DNA of 64,000 nucleotides from the human T2T-CHM13v2.0 reference genome, Homo sapiens: assembly GCF_009914755.1 (NCBI RefSeq), contig NC_060937.1, one strand, 5' to 3'. The translations under genes were made by a program, and so were the position numbers. Below, piece after piece: positions 27,679-41,239 of the stretch; within the stretch, counting starts at the first letter, position 1, and the number at the start of each line of letters is the position of its first letter. Below the pieces are notes generated by a model. It had not been told where the DNA came from. It saw only the letters and a list, made by a program, of their open reading frames with translations, and ran no database searches.

Positions 27679-28347
27679 GTACCAGAGTGTTAAGTAATGT
27701 TAGTAGAGCATAACCAGGAAAAATGTGGTATTTCAGGTTTTGTTGGGTTGACATGAAATAGGTTCAGTTACTTTCTGCCTTGGCTCAAATCCAAAGACTT
27801 CACTACGTGTTTTGACATTTCCTGAAAGGGCCTGTACTTTCAGTTCCACTGTACAAAGTAAGAATGATATTACTTTGAGATTTTACATATGAAGGTCGAT
27901 TGTAGGGTTGACCAGTAGGAAAAGCAATGATTTGGAATGAAAATATCTGGGTCCTAGACCCACCTCTGTTACTTGCTAACCTTGTGGTCTTAGGAAAGCC
28001 ACAAAATCCCCTATCAGTTTTCTCATCTGTGAACTGGATATGACAGTGTCTTCGCTGCCTAATTCATAGGATTATTTTAACAACTAACTAGAGCAAACTG
28101 TATTCTCATGGTTCAAAAGTAGGCTAGGTCTCCTGTGAATTATAAATCTCCTTAACCACAAATATTGGTACTGAGTTTCCCACATTTTATGAAGGAGAAC
28201 TGTCAAGTCCACCAACATACCCAGACGTAATGGGCTTACTTAAACTTAAACACAATTTGTGGAAAGCTTTTGTATTTGACTTCATGCCAAAAAGGACTCT
28301 TCTAATACATATAAAGTAAATGGGCTCATATTCCCACAGTCTGATAA

Positions 28348-28387
28348 AACACAACACAACACAACACAACACAACACAACACAACAC
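28348..28387 (+). repeat. (AACAC)8 pentanucleotide microsatellite
   Basis: Read directly. Confidence 0.95.
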
Positions 28388-28640
28388 TCATTCATTGTTG
28401 AATCATGTGGAAACCTCATGGGATAAATGATCATTTGTACTGACAAACTTGTTTCTTTTCTCATGCTCTTTCAAGTGGTGACTGGTTAAAATAGATACAT
28501 AATTTTGTGTTCTCACAACTGAAGTAAAATGAATTAACCTTGCCAAAAATTGGGAGCTCGCCCGCATGTCTCTCTCATTTAGTGCTTGGTCAACATTGTG
28601 GTAACTTTCTATGTGACATACTTTTGTTCTTTCTTTGCAG

Positions 28641-28700
28641 AGATGAAAATTACGGTAGGGTGGTGCTCAACCGACATAATTCCCATGATGCATTGGACAG
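28641..28700 (+). CDS. SCEL: SCEL exon 4, DENYGRVVLNRHNSHDALD(R)
   Basis: ttctttgcag| acceptor, AG|gtgggt donor; 60 nt, phase 2-2. Confidence 0.96.
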
Positions 28701-28985
28701 GTGGGTGTTTAGACATGTTACATCATGAGCAGAAACACAAAGATGGTAGTTTTCAGAGAAGACTTGTTCAAGACAGCTGAATATTTGCAGCATGCCTTGG
28801 GCTTTCCCCGATGTTCTGGGCATGTGAAGGAGAATCTGTGATATCATCAGAGGTTTCCACAAGGAAACTCTGCCTCTCCAGAACCATGACTTGGAGGCAG
28901 AACATAACCAACCCTCTGTGCATCCCACTGAGGTGATCCTCCTGACAGGCAGGGAAAGGACTCTCATAGAAACACGATCATATCA

Positions 28986-29300
28986 GGCCGGGTGCCATGG
29001 CTCATACCTGTAATCCCAACACTTTGGGAGGCCAAGTTGGGAGGATCTCTTGAGCCTAGGAGTTAGAGACCAGCCTGGGCAACATGGCCAGACCCTGCCT
29101 CTAAAAAAAAAAAAAAAAAAAATTAATTAGCTAGGTGTGATGGTGCGCACCTGTCGTCCCAGCTACTCCAGGGGCTGAGGTGGAAGAATTGCCTGACCTT
29201 GGGACATTGAGGCTGGAGTGGGCAGTGATGCTCCATTGTACTCCAGCCTGGGTGACGGAAGAAGACCCTGTTTCTCAAACAAACAAACAACAACAGCAAC
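28986..29300 (+). mobile_element. AluJ with expanded middle A-tract
   Basis: gagcctaggagttagagaccagcctgggcaac; A20 at 29103-29122. Confidence 0.88.
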
Positions 29301-31964
29301 ATGACCAGATTACATATCTCTGAACCTTAGGGAAAGGAAGTCTAAAATACAGAAATAACAACTACAGAGTTCACTTGCTTTATGGGACAGTACCTTTCTT
29401 TTTGGAAACTCCTGGGCTAGTGGGAAAACATGAACTGATCCTCAGTGGCAAATAGACTGATCAAAGCAAATTAGTAGAAAAATTAAGACAAAACAGTAAT
29501 CACAATGATACAAATAATCTCAGATTGATAAAAATAGGGAATATTCTTACCACAACACAGTTGTACTCACATCCATACAAACAACCACACCCATCAGAAG
29601 AACCTAATTATTTATCAGACACAAATTTTATCTGGTCTAGTAGCTTGTGTCTGTTTGTCATTTAAATGTAATTAGAAAGGGAGTGTGAATGTCTTCTATG
29701 GTGTGGATCTTAAAAAGTTAAGCAGACACTTGGGACACGTCTATTTTGGAAACTTTTGTTTATGAATTTCTGTCAACCCTTTTAAACTTTTTCATAATTG
29801 TGACCTGTTTTAAGGGTGCTGAGCTTATAACCTTCTACACAGAGTTGCCATTTCATTTTCCTGATGCCAGCTTTAGTTCATCTGATTTACTGTTCTGTGA
29901 TCTGGCAGACTCTCTGCCGAGGCCCTGTCCTTAGTCTTTATGGTTTTGAAGATCACAGCCTGGTTCTCAGCTGGCTCTGATTCCACCAACAAAGGAGAGG
30001 CTCACCATTTGAGTCCAGCCACCTCTATGTTACTCACCTTTCTCTGGAACATTTAAGAACAGAAATGCTTGTGTTTTTTAAGTGTGAAATACGCTTCATA
30101 TTCTTAATGTACATACAATGTGTTTTAGGTTAACAAGAGCTTAATGCCTTTCATGCTTATTTCATATTTTAAATTGTATTCGTTTCCTGAACCCTTCCTC
30201 ATGGTGGCCAACATTGTGGCTAAAGTATAATATCAGTCTTTTAAGGAACAAAAATCTGTAAGCCCTAGACATTTCCCTCTTGACCTATAACTAACATCAC
30301 AGAATCAATCTCCCTAAAAGAGTAGGGCAGATTATTTTTCTCCTGGTACTTGCTCAGAGGGTATCACTTGTCATTTTTCTGCTCTGCAGAGGATGTCTTT
30401 ACCTTGATGCCCACTGAACAGCCACTTTGGAGCACCTGCTATGTGCCAGCATTGTGCAAGGTGCCAGGAATACAAAGATGCATAGAACATAATCTTTGAC
30501 CTGAAAATATCCACAAATGAAAATACTAAAGTTTATCACGGAAAGTGCTATAGTAGAGGTGTGTGAGTGCACTATGGGAATAGAAAAGAGGGGAGACTAA
30601 CTCTGCCTAAATAATCAGAGATCTCACCAAGGAGGTGGTCTTTGGTGTTGGCGATGATGCTTGAAGGATTATGAGGAAAAATTTCCCAAATGGGCAAGGC
30701 TGGCTGGTGGGCATGGAGCAAGGAAAGAAGCACTTCCAGCAGAGATGACAATGTGTGCAGAGAGCTGGCATGAGTGGGGTCTGAAAATAAAGGAAAATAA
30801 ATAATACACTGTCATCACCTTAGATAATACCTTCATATTATCCACAATTGGAAAGTTTGACCACGTACATGTTCTGGTAGATCATTTAAACATGTCAAAT
30901 AAGGATGACAGCCAAATAGCACCTGTAGGAGGCCTCCTGTGCATCAGTAGCTGTGTTAAGAGCTGCAAACAAAACAAAGTCCCTGCTTCCACAGAACTTG
31001 CATCCTAGTTGAAAGTGAGGGAGGGGAGAGAATGAAAATAACATGTTGAAACATGTCTTATTGTGATAAGCAGTAGGAAGACAACGGCCACCTAGAGACA
31101 TAGTGATGGTGTCTGGGGAGGGGCTGTTTTCTGCAAGGGGACAGATGGCCCTCCGGCACCTGCTTGCATTTACACATTTACACACGATGGTGAACCACAC
31201 CATGATTTCACTCTGGGGTTGTATTAAAAATTGGGGGAGTTGTATTTGGCATTTTTCTTCACTCTTTTTCTTGCCTTAACTGATGCTGTTCCCTCTACCT
31301 CTATTCGAAAATGTTCACATCTATTTCCCCTCCAAGGCCCAGCTCAAACTGCACTTCATTCCATAAAGCCTCCTCTGGTTTGTATACCTAGAAATCAGCT
31401 TTCTCAGCTTAGAACTTCCTTACACCTTACCCAAACCTCTTTTATGGCACTCACTACTTTCTGTCTTTGGATGTACATACCTGATTTATCCGTCTTGCTC
31501 TGTGTAGATAGCAGCTATAGTTATTTTATTCTAGACTTCCTGATATTTCTCAGTACAACAGTGTTGATTAATATAGCAAATGTTACTTTCTCCACTACTA
31601 ATATAGCAAATATGCTTTTTGCACTATTCCTAGCCCTTTTTATATTGAGTACATCCAAATAGTTGCTTAATGAAAATATGCCACATCAACTTTAAAATTA
31701 AATCTTTAGTATCTAGTCTTAGTACTTATTCTAATGCAATACTTTGGATATGATGGCTTTAAATGATACTTAGAAATACAAACACAATAAATAATGGGGA
31801 ATTCTCCAAAGAGCTTGCTTGCTTTATATCATAGGGTTATATGAGGCATTAAACAGGCTTTTTTAAATGTTTGATCAATCTGATCAGGATCTTTCCTTTG
31901 CTTCCATGATCACGATTCCTTCTACTGAGTCTTCTATCCTCTTTTCTGTTATTTTCTAAATTCC

Positions 31965-32170
31965 CCCCCCATTTTTGCTCATCTGTCTTGCTCTCCTCTC
32001 TTTGCCCTTGTCTCTCCTCTTCTTCTTCCTATCACTCTTCTCTCTTCCTCTTTTCCTTCTATCCTTCCTTTCTCTCACTTCCCACTTTCTCCTTTTCATT
32101 TTCCCCAGCTTTTCCTGTTTCCTTCCTTTCCTTTCCTTTCTTTCCTGTCTTTCCCCTCCTTCTGCCTGTA
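31965..32170 (+). repeat. CT-rich low-complexity polypyrimidine tract
   Basis: About 200 bp almost entirely C/T. Confidence 0.85.
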
Positions 32171-32669
32171 AGTTCCCTTCTTTCAACCCTGTCCACGGTG
32201 CTGAATATTAAACAAAGCATTTATGGATTTAGTCCATGGTGCTGGTTTATGGCACTGCTAAAACTCTGCAAACAAAATATAGTTGAGTATAAAAGATTGA
32301 GTTCCTATTATGTAGAAATAAACAACATTGACAAGAGTACATATTAGTTATTAAACATTTTGAGTGTTGTGTTGTTTGTTGTGTTGTATGATTTACGTAT
32401 CCTTACCCCTAATTTGAATATGTTACATTGTTGTCAGAAATAATAGAAGCCAGAGAAGAATCTTTTATTAGCATAGGATATTGGATTTTCCATAATTTAT
32501 TCTATCCAAGTTGGAAGATTTGGGTATTAGAAATCTATCTTTCCTTGGTAACATGTATATTTCCTACTGAAATAGGTCAAAATATTGCCATATGTATGAT
32601 AGGTTTTATAAACTTTTTTTTTGTAATTGATTTGATTTTTTTTTTTTTTGGTAATTATGTTTGCTACAG

Positions 32670-32738
32670 GAAAGTAAATGAGAGAGATGTGCCAAAAGCT
32701 ACAATTAGTCGGTACAGTTCTGATGACACTTTGGACAG
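32670..32738 (+). CDS. SCEL: SCEL exon 5, KVNERDVPKATISRYSSDDTLD(R)
   Basis: gctacag| acceptor, AG|gtaagg donor; 69 nt, phase 2-2. Confidence 0.96.
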
Positions 32739-35700
32739 GTAAGGGGCTTTTGAACCATATAAATGGAATGCATAACATATTAAATACATTTTCTAATAAA
32801 GTTATGAAGTATTTAAAAGTTTACCAAAATAAGGTTTGAATCACTGATATTTTATTCCCAGGGATGGAGGGCTCTAAGAATTGAATTATCTTCTTCAGAT
32901 CTCACTAAATCTTGGCTAGATGCATTTCCAAAATCTTTTTAATAGTAGATTGATATGAAATATTCTTAGAGACACTGATTTGAGTACAGCTAGGGTGGGT
33001 ACTGTGCAGAATCTGTTAGTTCAATATAGGTTTTTTTTTTTTTTTTTGCGAATATGTATAATCCTTGTTCCAACATTTGGTTCTTCCACACTGATGGTGG
33101 AAAAACGTTAGTCCATGCAACTGCTTTATGGAGAGACTGTAAATTTTAATAATACAATAGTTTCAATCCACTCCAGGACAGAGACGTTAGCTCTTTACTT
33201 TCTCTTTAGAAGGTGAAAATACTCTTTTGACACTGGAGTCTCCATAGGGCTGATAGAATGAGTCCAACGTGTGTGCCTCCTGTTAGTTCCTTCTTACATG
33301 GAGGGAAAGGGCTCATCTCTACAGGGAAAATAGGGCAACTTCTATTCAGGTTGAAGTATAAATGCCACAAATCAAATTTTTAGTTTAGATTTGGTAGAGG
33401 CGCTTAGTAAGCATAAGTAAAGGACAAAGTTAGCATCTTTAATAGGAGTCTTTTGGACTCCTATTAAATAGGCACCATAAGTACCCAAAGCCAGTGCTAG
33501 TTGAGTTTACTCCCTGCAGCTAAAGATGTGCTGCAATTGCAGGCAAAAATGGCACCTACTGGGTTTTAAGCAAATACATGGTAACTTACAGCATCCAATA
33601 GATTCTAAACTCAGACTATGCCAGTGTTGATTAATGTAGCAAATGTATATACCTTCTGCATTATTCCTAGGCTTTCAAGTCAGTCACCCTAATAGAGGAC
33701 AATCAATGCTGGTATCCTAAAGAGTTGGTCTTTCTCTTTTAAAAATTATCATCCTTGTCAAAAATGAGTTTGTAGTGTATGTACAAGATCTCATCTCCAC
33801 AGCGGTGCATAGAGAAGAGGTATATAAAATACCTCTGTCCATTCATCCTGGTCTTGCAGATGGTTAATTGAAGAAGGAAACCCTATTTCTAGGAATGAAT
33901 TTTAAAGTGAGATAATTGAGACTCAAGTAAGGTGGAAAACCTAAGCTTTTGTAGGCTGTGCATCTGAACGTTTATGTCAGGCCAGCCGAGATACAGCCTA
34001 GGAATGTGGGAAATAGACTAGACCTCACAGGCAATGTAGTTAGGTCATTCTCAGCCTTAGCTATAAATTAGTACCACTGAGTGGGCTCTTAAACTTTATT
34101 GATGCCTTGGTCCTACTACCCCTCACTCCCCAAATTCTGATTTAATTAGCCTGAGGTGGAACTCAAGCATTTTTTTTCAAGCTTATAGAGTAATTCTTAT
34201 GTGCAGCTGAGATTCAGAACCACCAATATAGCTCAAGCCCTTCATTTTATACCCTCAAAAGCAGGCCCAGAGATTACATGATCTATTTACACACTTTAGT
34301 GGTATGTTTGGGCAAAGTATCCTGGCAGCTCATTCCCAAGGCACTAAATGTGGAAATAGATTTGAGGAAGAGAACACAGGGGTTAGTAAAGAAAGGCAAG
34401 TCCTGTTAGCAGGAGCTGAACTTCTGTAATACAGACCACTCCAAAATGTAAGACATGAAATAATTTTAGGAGGAAGATGATCAAATATATCTGGTATGTG
34501 TGCATTTGCATTTTAATAATGATGCACTTGTTTTAATGAATATGAGAAAAGTACTGAGTTTACGTTTGAAAAGTTCCCTTTAAAATATACTTATGTGTGT
34601 AAAATGTGAGGTGTGCAAAAGAAACATAAATAAATGTGTATGTAGCATCCAGAGACAGTGGGTTATAACTAATTTGGAAAACCTAGGTTAGGAGGCCCTC
34701 TAGTGCTCCATTGTGAAAGTATAACTTCTCCTTCGGCTTTTCTGATCATGTTGCTAATTACATTGTTTGGTATTTCAAGTCTCCAAGACAGATTTTTATT
34801 AAAACAACCTATTTTATATCACAAGTTGACAGAAATTTAATTTCCAGGATAAATACAAAATTAATCTCCCACAGCAATAAGAAATCAACATACATATTGG
34901 AATGGTGGTTTAGAGTTCTCTCCATTACCATTGATAGACTTATTCCCCGGGTAGCATGATAGAGACTATGAGAGGTGACTAAAGAGTAAAGGAAGGTCTG
35001 TTAACCTAATATATGAGTTTTGGGAACAATCATACTACAGAATCGAATATATGACATTGGATCCCAGTGAACGATTTGGGAGATAGACTACTTTCTACTT
35101 GTGTTACCAAGAGAAAGCCATGCAATAACTCTGAGACTCCATTTATTTATCTATAAAATGAAAATCATTATACCTACCTTGTAGGGATGTTCTAGAGAGT
35201 AGAAAAAACATATCAAATGACCAGCAAGAAGTACTAGGTATGAGACAAGGAAAGAAGGAACAGGGGCCGAAGTTATGAGATCCCACCGTTGGCATATAAT
35301 GATAACCTTCCTTATTTGTGCTTTCTGACTCAAGAAGCAGATGAACACACCTTTTCTAGATCTATGAGATTAGAATGATTAAAATCTCTAATGATCATTT
35401 GGACTCATTACATGTATTAGTCAAAGTAAACTAATTTGTCAAGGTAGAGTAACTTTTTAACAAATCTGCTTCCTCTCTTCCAAATCTAATGGTTTAACAC
35501 ACTATAAGGTACTACTTGACACATCAGAGTCCAATGTGATTTGCTGGAGTCCATGAAGTGACTCAGGGACCTAAGTTCTTTCTATATTTTAATGCCGCCA
35601 TATTTATGCTGCCATGCATACCAAAGCCATAGTAGAAGGGGGAATAAATAACAAGGAAGACCACCAGGAGGTTTTACAATGGGTCTGGAAGTGGCAGATA

Positions 35701-36010
35701 ACGTATCTGCCCACACTCTTTAGTCTAGAGCTCAATCACATGGCCCCAACTTAATTGCAATGAAGGTTGGAAAATGTGGTCTCCCTGATTGCTCAGAAAG
35801 AAAAGAAAATGTGTTTTGCAAACACATAATATTGTTTATGCCACAAACCTTAAAAAAAAAGCCAAGTAGTTCATTGATGCCTTTTACTGACATAGGAAGT
35901 ACTGTCATTGACAAGATATATCATTAGAAAATAATGAAAATGAAAATAGAGTTAAATGCTCAATGAGTCAGAAAGACAAACAGGCAAAAGGCATAACACT
36001 TAAAATTTCA

Positions 36011-36304
36011 GGCTGGGTGCCTTGGCTCACACGTGTAATCTCAGCACTTTAGGAGGTGGAGGCGGATGGGTTACCTGAGGTTAGGAGTTCGAGACCAGTG
36101 TGGCCAACATGGTGAAACCTCTTCTCTACTAAAAATACAACAATTAACTGGGCGTAGGGGTGCGTGCCTGTAGTTCCAGCTACTCAGGAGGCTGAGGCAG
36201 TAGAATAGCTTGAACCCTGCGGGCAGAGGTTGCAGTGAGCTGAGATCACACTACTGCACTCCCGCCTGGGCAACAGAGCAAGACTCCATCTCAAAAAATA
36301 AAAT
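36011..36304 (+). mobile_element. AluS
   Basis: Full dimer; TSD AAAATTTCA. Confidence 0.9.
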
Positions 36305-36518
36305 AAAATTTCAAACTATATTAAAACAACCTCATAAGTAGATTTTGTCATAAGTGGTTTCTTTTTATTTAAAAATTTTCTAAAATGTAACACTTGAAAA
36401 ATAGTTCTCTTTACTAGAGAAAGGCTATGTTGTTAAGCTATTCTAGCATGAAAATGGTCTGAAAGGAGTTTGATAATTTAAATATTTATCCAGACTTTTG
36501 TCTTGTTTCTTTATAAAG

Positions 36519-36587
36519 GATCTCAGACAGAAATGATGCTGCTAAAACATATAAGGCCAATACCTTGGATAACCAACTAACCAATAG
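36519..36587 (+). CDS. SCEL: SCEL exon 6, ISDRNDAAKTYKANTLDNQLTN(R)
   Basis: tttctttataaag| acceptor, AG|gtacca donor; 69 nt, phase 2-2. Confidence 0.95.
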
Positions 36588-37133
36588 GTACCAGTATCTA
36601 CTAACTATGGGAAAGGCTCAAGTATAATATTTTTCTAAGTGTTACCTATGTACTTGCAATTCTTCAATCCTACTTGATATCTTTCTGTAAATTCTTAGTC
36701 TCTATCATTACTCCTGTTCATGGCTAGAATAAAACCTTGTTGTTTAGCTTAAGAATCAAGAGCACTTGTAGCTCCAAATCACCATTCTTACCACATTTAT
36801 GTTTCTGTTTAAGTTGTCCTGGTGGCAAAATTATGAAATAGGTGCAAATGCAAATTTTACATTATTATTGTTAAGGAAAATTACTGAACCCAACAAATAA
36901 AAATATTGGGCTTAAAAGATACTAAATTTTCAGAAGAAAAAAAATTCTTTGGAATCTAGTACAAGAGACAAAATCATGAAATCATCTTATGAAATTTATT
37001 AAAATATGATGCTTTCTATTTCTTTCTCTCACCAGTGTCTAACTTTTAAAACTCTAAATTCAGGAATAATTCCAAATAGATGCAAATGTTCATTCTTCAT
37101 TGTTCAAACTTTGCTTTCTTTCTCTCTTACCAG

Positions 37134-37172
37134 GAGCATGTCCATGTTTAGATCACTGGAAGTAACAAAGTT
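37134..37172 (+). CDS. SCEL: SCEL exon 7, SMSMFRSLEVTK(L)
   Basis: Long pyrimidine tract then ccag|; TT|gtatgt donor; 39 nt, phase 2-2. Confidence 0.93.
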
Positions 37173-38208
37173 GTATGTATTCTTTCTAATTGTAGTATAT
37201 TTCTTTTTATGTATTCAAGAAAAACCAGGGAAAACCACCTCAGGCCAATTTTATTGGAATACAGCCATGCCCCTATTGCTCTGGCAGAGTTGAGTAGTAG
37301 AAGACAATACCAAAATGGTCTGTAAAGGTTCAAATGTGACTATCTGGACTTTTGCAGAAAAAAAGATTGCCAATCATTACTCTATCCAAACACCAAAGCT
37401 TAGATCATCCTTTCTTTCTTCTTCTTTATTAAAATCTAGACTCCTTATTTTTTCCCCTACAGGACTTTTCTTCCCTCTACTCTCACAATAATTAACCCTT
37501 CCTCCACACCTCACTTCCTTCCCCACCCACCCTTCACATCTATGCCTCCTCCTTCAGAGAAAATTGAATTGGGAAAACATGGGGTGAGCTAAAAATCTAT
37601 TTAAATGGAACACATTTTCCCTGGAATGTACTACTGATGGTTATAAGCAGCCCAAATCAGACAGATTTATAAACTTACTTTATTTTTGAATTCCTATTTA
37701 TGTATAAAGTAATTTATACACTGGATCACACCTCTCAGTGCTTGAAATGGGCCTGGGTCACTTCCATTTTTGAGGCTCTGCATATATGAATAAATGCCAG
37801 ATAGAGACTTAAGATGGTATGATTTAAAATTTTTTATTAAGCAATAATGCTTCTAATGCAAAAAACCGCAACATAATTAGTTAGTCACAATATAATCACA
37901 GGAATAAAAGAAATGTGAATCTGTAGCACGCCAGAATTGATTTGTCTGAATTTCCGACAGTTAATGTCATTTTATGAATCACTTCTTTATTCTATTCCTT
38001 TAGTTTTAGCTAGTTCTATGAGAACCTGACAACTTCTAAAATATGTCAACTAAGGAAGAAGATTTTTGGCTGTTTTTCTATCCCCAAGTGAAACATTTTA
38101 TGAACAGAGAGCAGGCAGGAATATGAGTAGAATTTAAGACTTTTCAAAGGTAGGCTGAAATGAAAAAGTTTGAGAGTGGGATTAATTGTTGTTCTTGTCA
38201 TTAAACAG

Positions 38209-38289
38209 GCAACCTGGCGGTTCATTGAATGCCAACACCTCCAACACCATAGCATCCACTTCTGCTACTACTCCTGTAAAGAAGAAGAG
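38209..38289 (+). CDS. SCEL: SCEL exon 8, QPGGSLNANTSNTIASTSATTPVKKK(R)
   Basis: ttaaacag| acceptor, AG|gtagga donor; 81 nt, phase 2-2. Confidence 0.95.
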
Positions 38290-39679
38290 GTAGGATGAAC
38301 TCACTGTGTCTACCTCTTGCTGATACACTATGAAAGACTGCATTAGAAAGCTTCCTCCTCTTTTTTGTGGGGATCCAGCATCTACATTCTGCTGTTCCCA
38401 AACTTCAGCTCTTTCCCCCAGCAATCTCTTTCTCAAATATAGAGTCTTGTTTTCAATTCCTGTAGGGCCTTGAATTTCTAGGAAATGTTTTAGATGATAG
38501 AGCTCGCATGTTAAATGACAGACTACTTGAGGTAGCATGTTTCATGGAGTCCTGCTGCTGGGAATGCCTTAACCTGAAATAATGATGAATGTAGGGCCAC
38601 ATGCTGCCATGCTCCTGAAACCGGCCTGTATCTGGAGATGCCGCCTCTGCTCTGTGGATTGGGCTGGCCTTGCTTCCAAATGCAGAGTCAAAGACCCTTT
38701 CTGGAGACATCCATCTGTATTTGTTTGGTTCTTGCCTCCTCCACCGACCTCCTCTGCATGGTCTCCCACATTCTGCTGGTGCTGAGTCCTATGTAATTAG
38801 CAGGTACAGAGGAGTAGTTGGACCAATGGTGACCAAATATTCTTCATGAGACAGAACATGATGGTGAAAGAGATGTTTGCATGTTGAAAAAACCCCAGGG
38901 CTATGAATTGTGATGCAAATGGAAAACAAGCATTTACAAACATCAGTGCTTTTAAATTTTCTCAATTTCCCTGTCTGTACCTGGGTCCATGCTCTGTACA
39001 GGGTAGGTGCTCAATGTTTGTTGATGGACTGGCTGACTTTGCCATGGTGCTGCTGGAGAAAAATGACTGATTCTGTTTTTTCCTTCAACAAAATTCTGGC
39101 TGTAGCTGCAAAGTCTTAGAAAATGTGATTCATCTTTCCATTGAACCCAAATTTCATGTCCCTTGACCCTTTGCCTAGTAAAAACAGATTCCTAAGTTTG
39201 AAAGAGAAATTTTAGGTCAGTCAGTTCCATCTCCTATCTAGTGCAAGAATCTTTCCTCCGACATTTTGGGCATAATTCGGGACCACTGAAGCCATCAATA
39301 AGATTCTCACTATTTTGGGACACATCTTTGACTTGCTCTCCTGGGTAGCATCTATTCCTTACATTGAGCTGGAATCTGCCTTGATTGACTCGTTCCTTGT
39401 CTTAGTTGAGTTCTGCAGCGGCTCAGAGAATAGACCTACTTAAACAATTTAAATCCAGCTTTCCTGTCTGCCTTTTCTTCTGTAGTGCATATCATTCTCA
39501 TCTGAATATCTTCAGTTTTCATCCATATCTTGATCTTTCTGCTTAGCAATTGCTACCAACTAAAATTATGACCTAGTGATGTGAGGACATCTTTCTAATT
39601 GAGGTTAGAACTGAAGGTAGTGCTGCTATAATATTCACTTACGCTTTCAATATTTTTACTTGTCAGAGTTTTCTATCAG

Positions 39680-39966
39680 TTTCTTTTCTTTTTCTTTTTT
39701 CTTTTTCTTTTTTTTTGGAGTGTGCAGTGGTGCAATTTCGGCTCACTGCAACCTCTGCCTCCCAGGTTTAACCAATTATTTGCCTCAGCCTCCCGAGTAG
39801 TTGGGAGTACAGGCACATGCCACCACGACCAGCTAATTTTTGTATTTTTAGTAGAGATGGGGTTTCACCATTTTTGCCAGGCTGGTCTTGAGCTCCTGAC
39901 CTCGTGATCCACCCGCCTCAGCCTCCCAAAGTGCTGGGATTACAGGTGTGAGGCCCTGCGCCTAGC
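39680..39966 (-). mobile_element. AluS lacking ~25 bp next to the tail
   Basis: Poly-T joins directly to ggagtgtgcagtgg. Confidence 0.88.
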
Positions 39967-39998
39967 TCGCTCACAGTTTTTTAAAAATTGTATTTTGA

Positions 39999-40232
39999 GG
40001 CCGGGCGCGGTGGCTCAAGCCTGTAATCCCAGCACTTTGGGAGGCCGAGGCGGGTGGATCACGAGGTCAGGAGATCGAGACCATCCTGGCTAACACGGTG
40101 AAACCTCGTCCCAGCAACTCGGAGGCTGAGGCAGCAGAATCGCGGAGGGCGGAGCTTGCAGTGAGCCGAGATCGCGCCACTGCACTCCAGCCTGGGAGAC
40201 AGCGAGACTACATCTCAAAAAAAAAAAAAAAA
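39999..40232 (+). mobile_element. AluY with internal deletions
   Basis: gagatcgagaccatcctggctaacacgg and gagcttgcagtgag diagnostics; TSD AAAAATT(G/A)TATTTTGA at 39983 and 40228. Confidence 0.9.
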
Positions 40233-40243
40233 TTATATTTTGA

Positions 40244-40586
<343 letters not shown>

Positions 40587-40960
40587 TTATTTCTGTTGTG
40601 AAATAGTTCAGACAAGCAGAAAAATAGGGAGAATAGGAGAATAACATAATAAACATATATGAATTTACTATCTAGACTTAACAATTGTCATTATTTTCTA
40701 GATTTGCTTTAGATTTCTTTTTAAAAGAGATGTCCACGTTACTTAGTGCTAAAGGAAATGAGAAAAGAGGTTTACTTGGAGGAACAGATAGCCTAGAATA
40801 TAGGACAGTTACTTCCTACTTCATTTATGAAATAGTGTTCATTTTACTTCCAAGGTTTGGTATAATCTCATTGTCTTTTTAACTGTCAAATTATTTTCAG
40901 ACATGTGGGTGGGATCAGCCTTTCAATCACAATGTTTATTACCGTGTCATTTCTTAACAG

Positions 40961-41026
40961 GCAGTCCTGGTTTCCACCGCCCCCTCCAGGTTACAATGCC
41001 TCTTCGAGCACAGGAACCAGGAGACG
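40961..41026 (+). CDS. SCEL: SCEL exon 9, QSWFPPPPPGYNASSSTGTRR(R)
   Basis: ttcttaacag| acceptor, CG|gtaagg donor; 66 nt, phase 2-2. Confidence 0.95.
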
Positions 41027-41239
41027 GTAAGGGAAAGGTGTCAGGCGTAATTGCTGTGCCATTAGATGGAAGAACATGTCAGACATTGACAACATATAAT
41101 TGTGGATGTTTTGGGATAAATTGGAGGCAATCTCATGAACTCTCAGCTCTGTACAGGAGAGTGTCCAGTGGTTGTAAGGTCAGGGCTACCAAGTACCCTG
41201 ATAGGACATCTGACAAACTGCTAGGAATGAGTAGGTGGC

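Noticed and set aside
31231-32347. Hydrophobic or Lys/Arg-rich ORFs (143, 119, 78, 76 aa) resembling membrane or basic proteins
   Set aside because: Products of T-rich and polypyrimidine low-complexity DNA; no splice or homology support.
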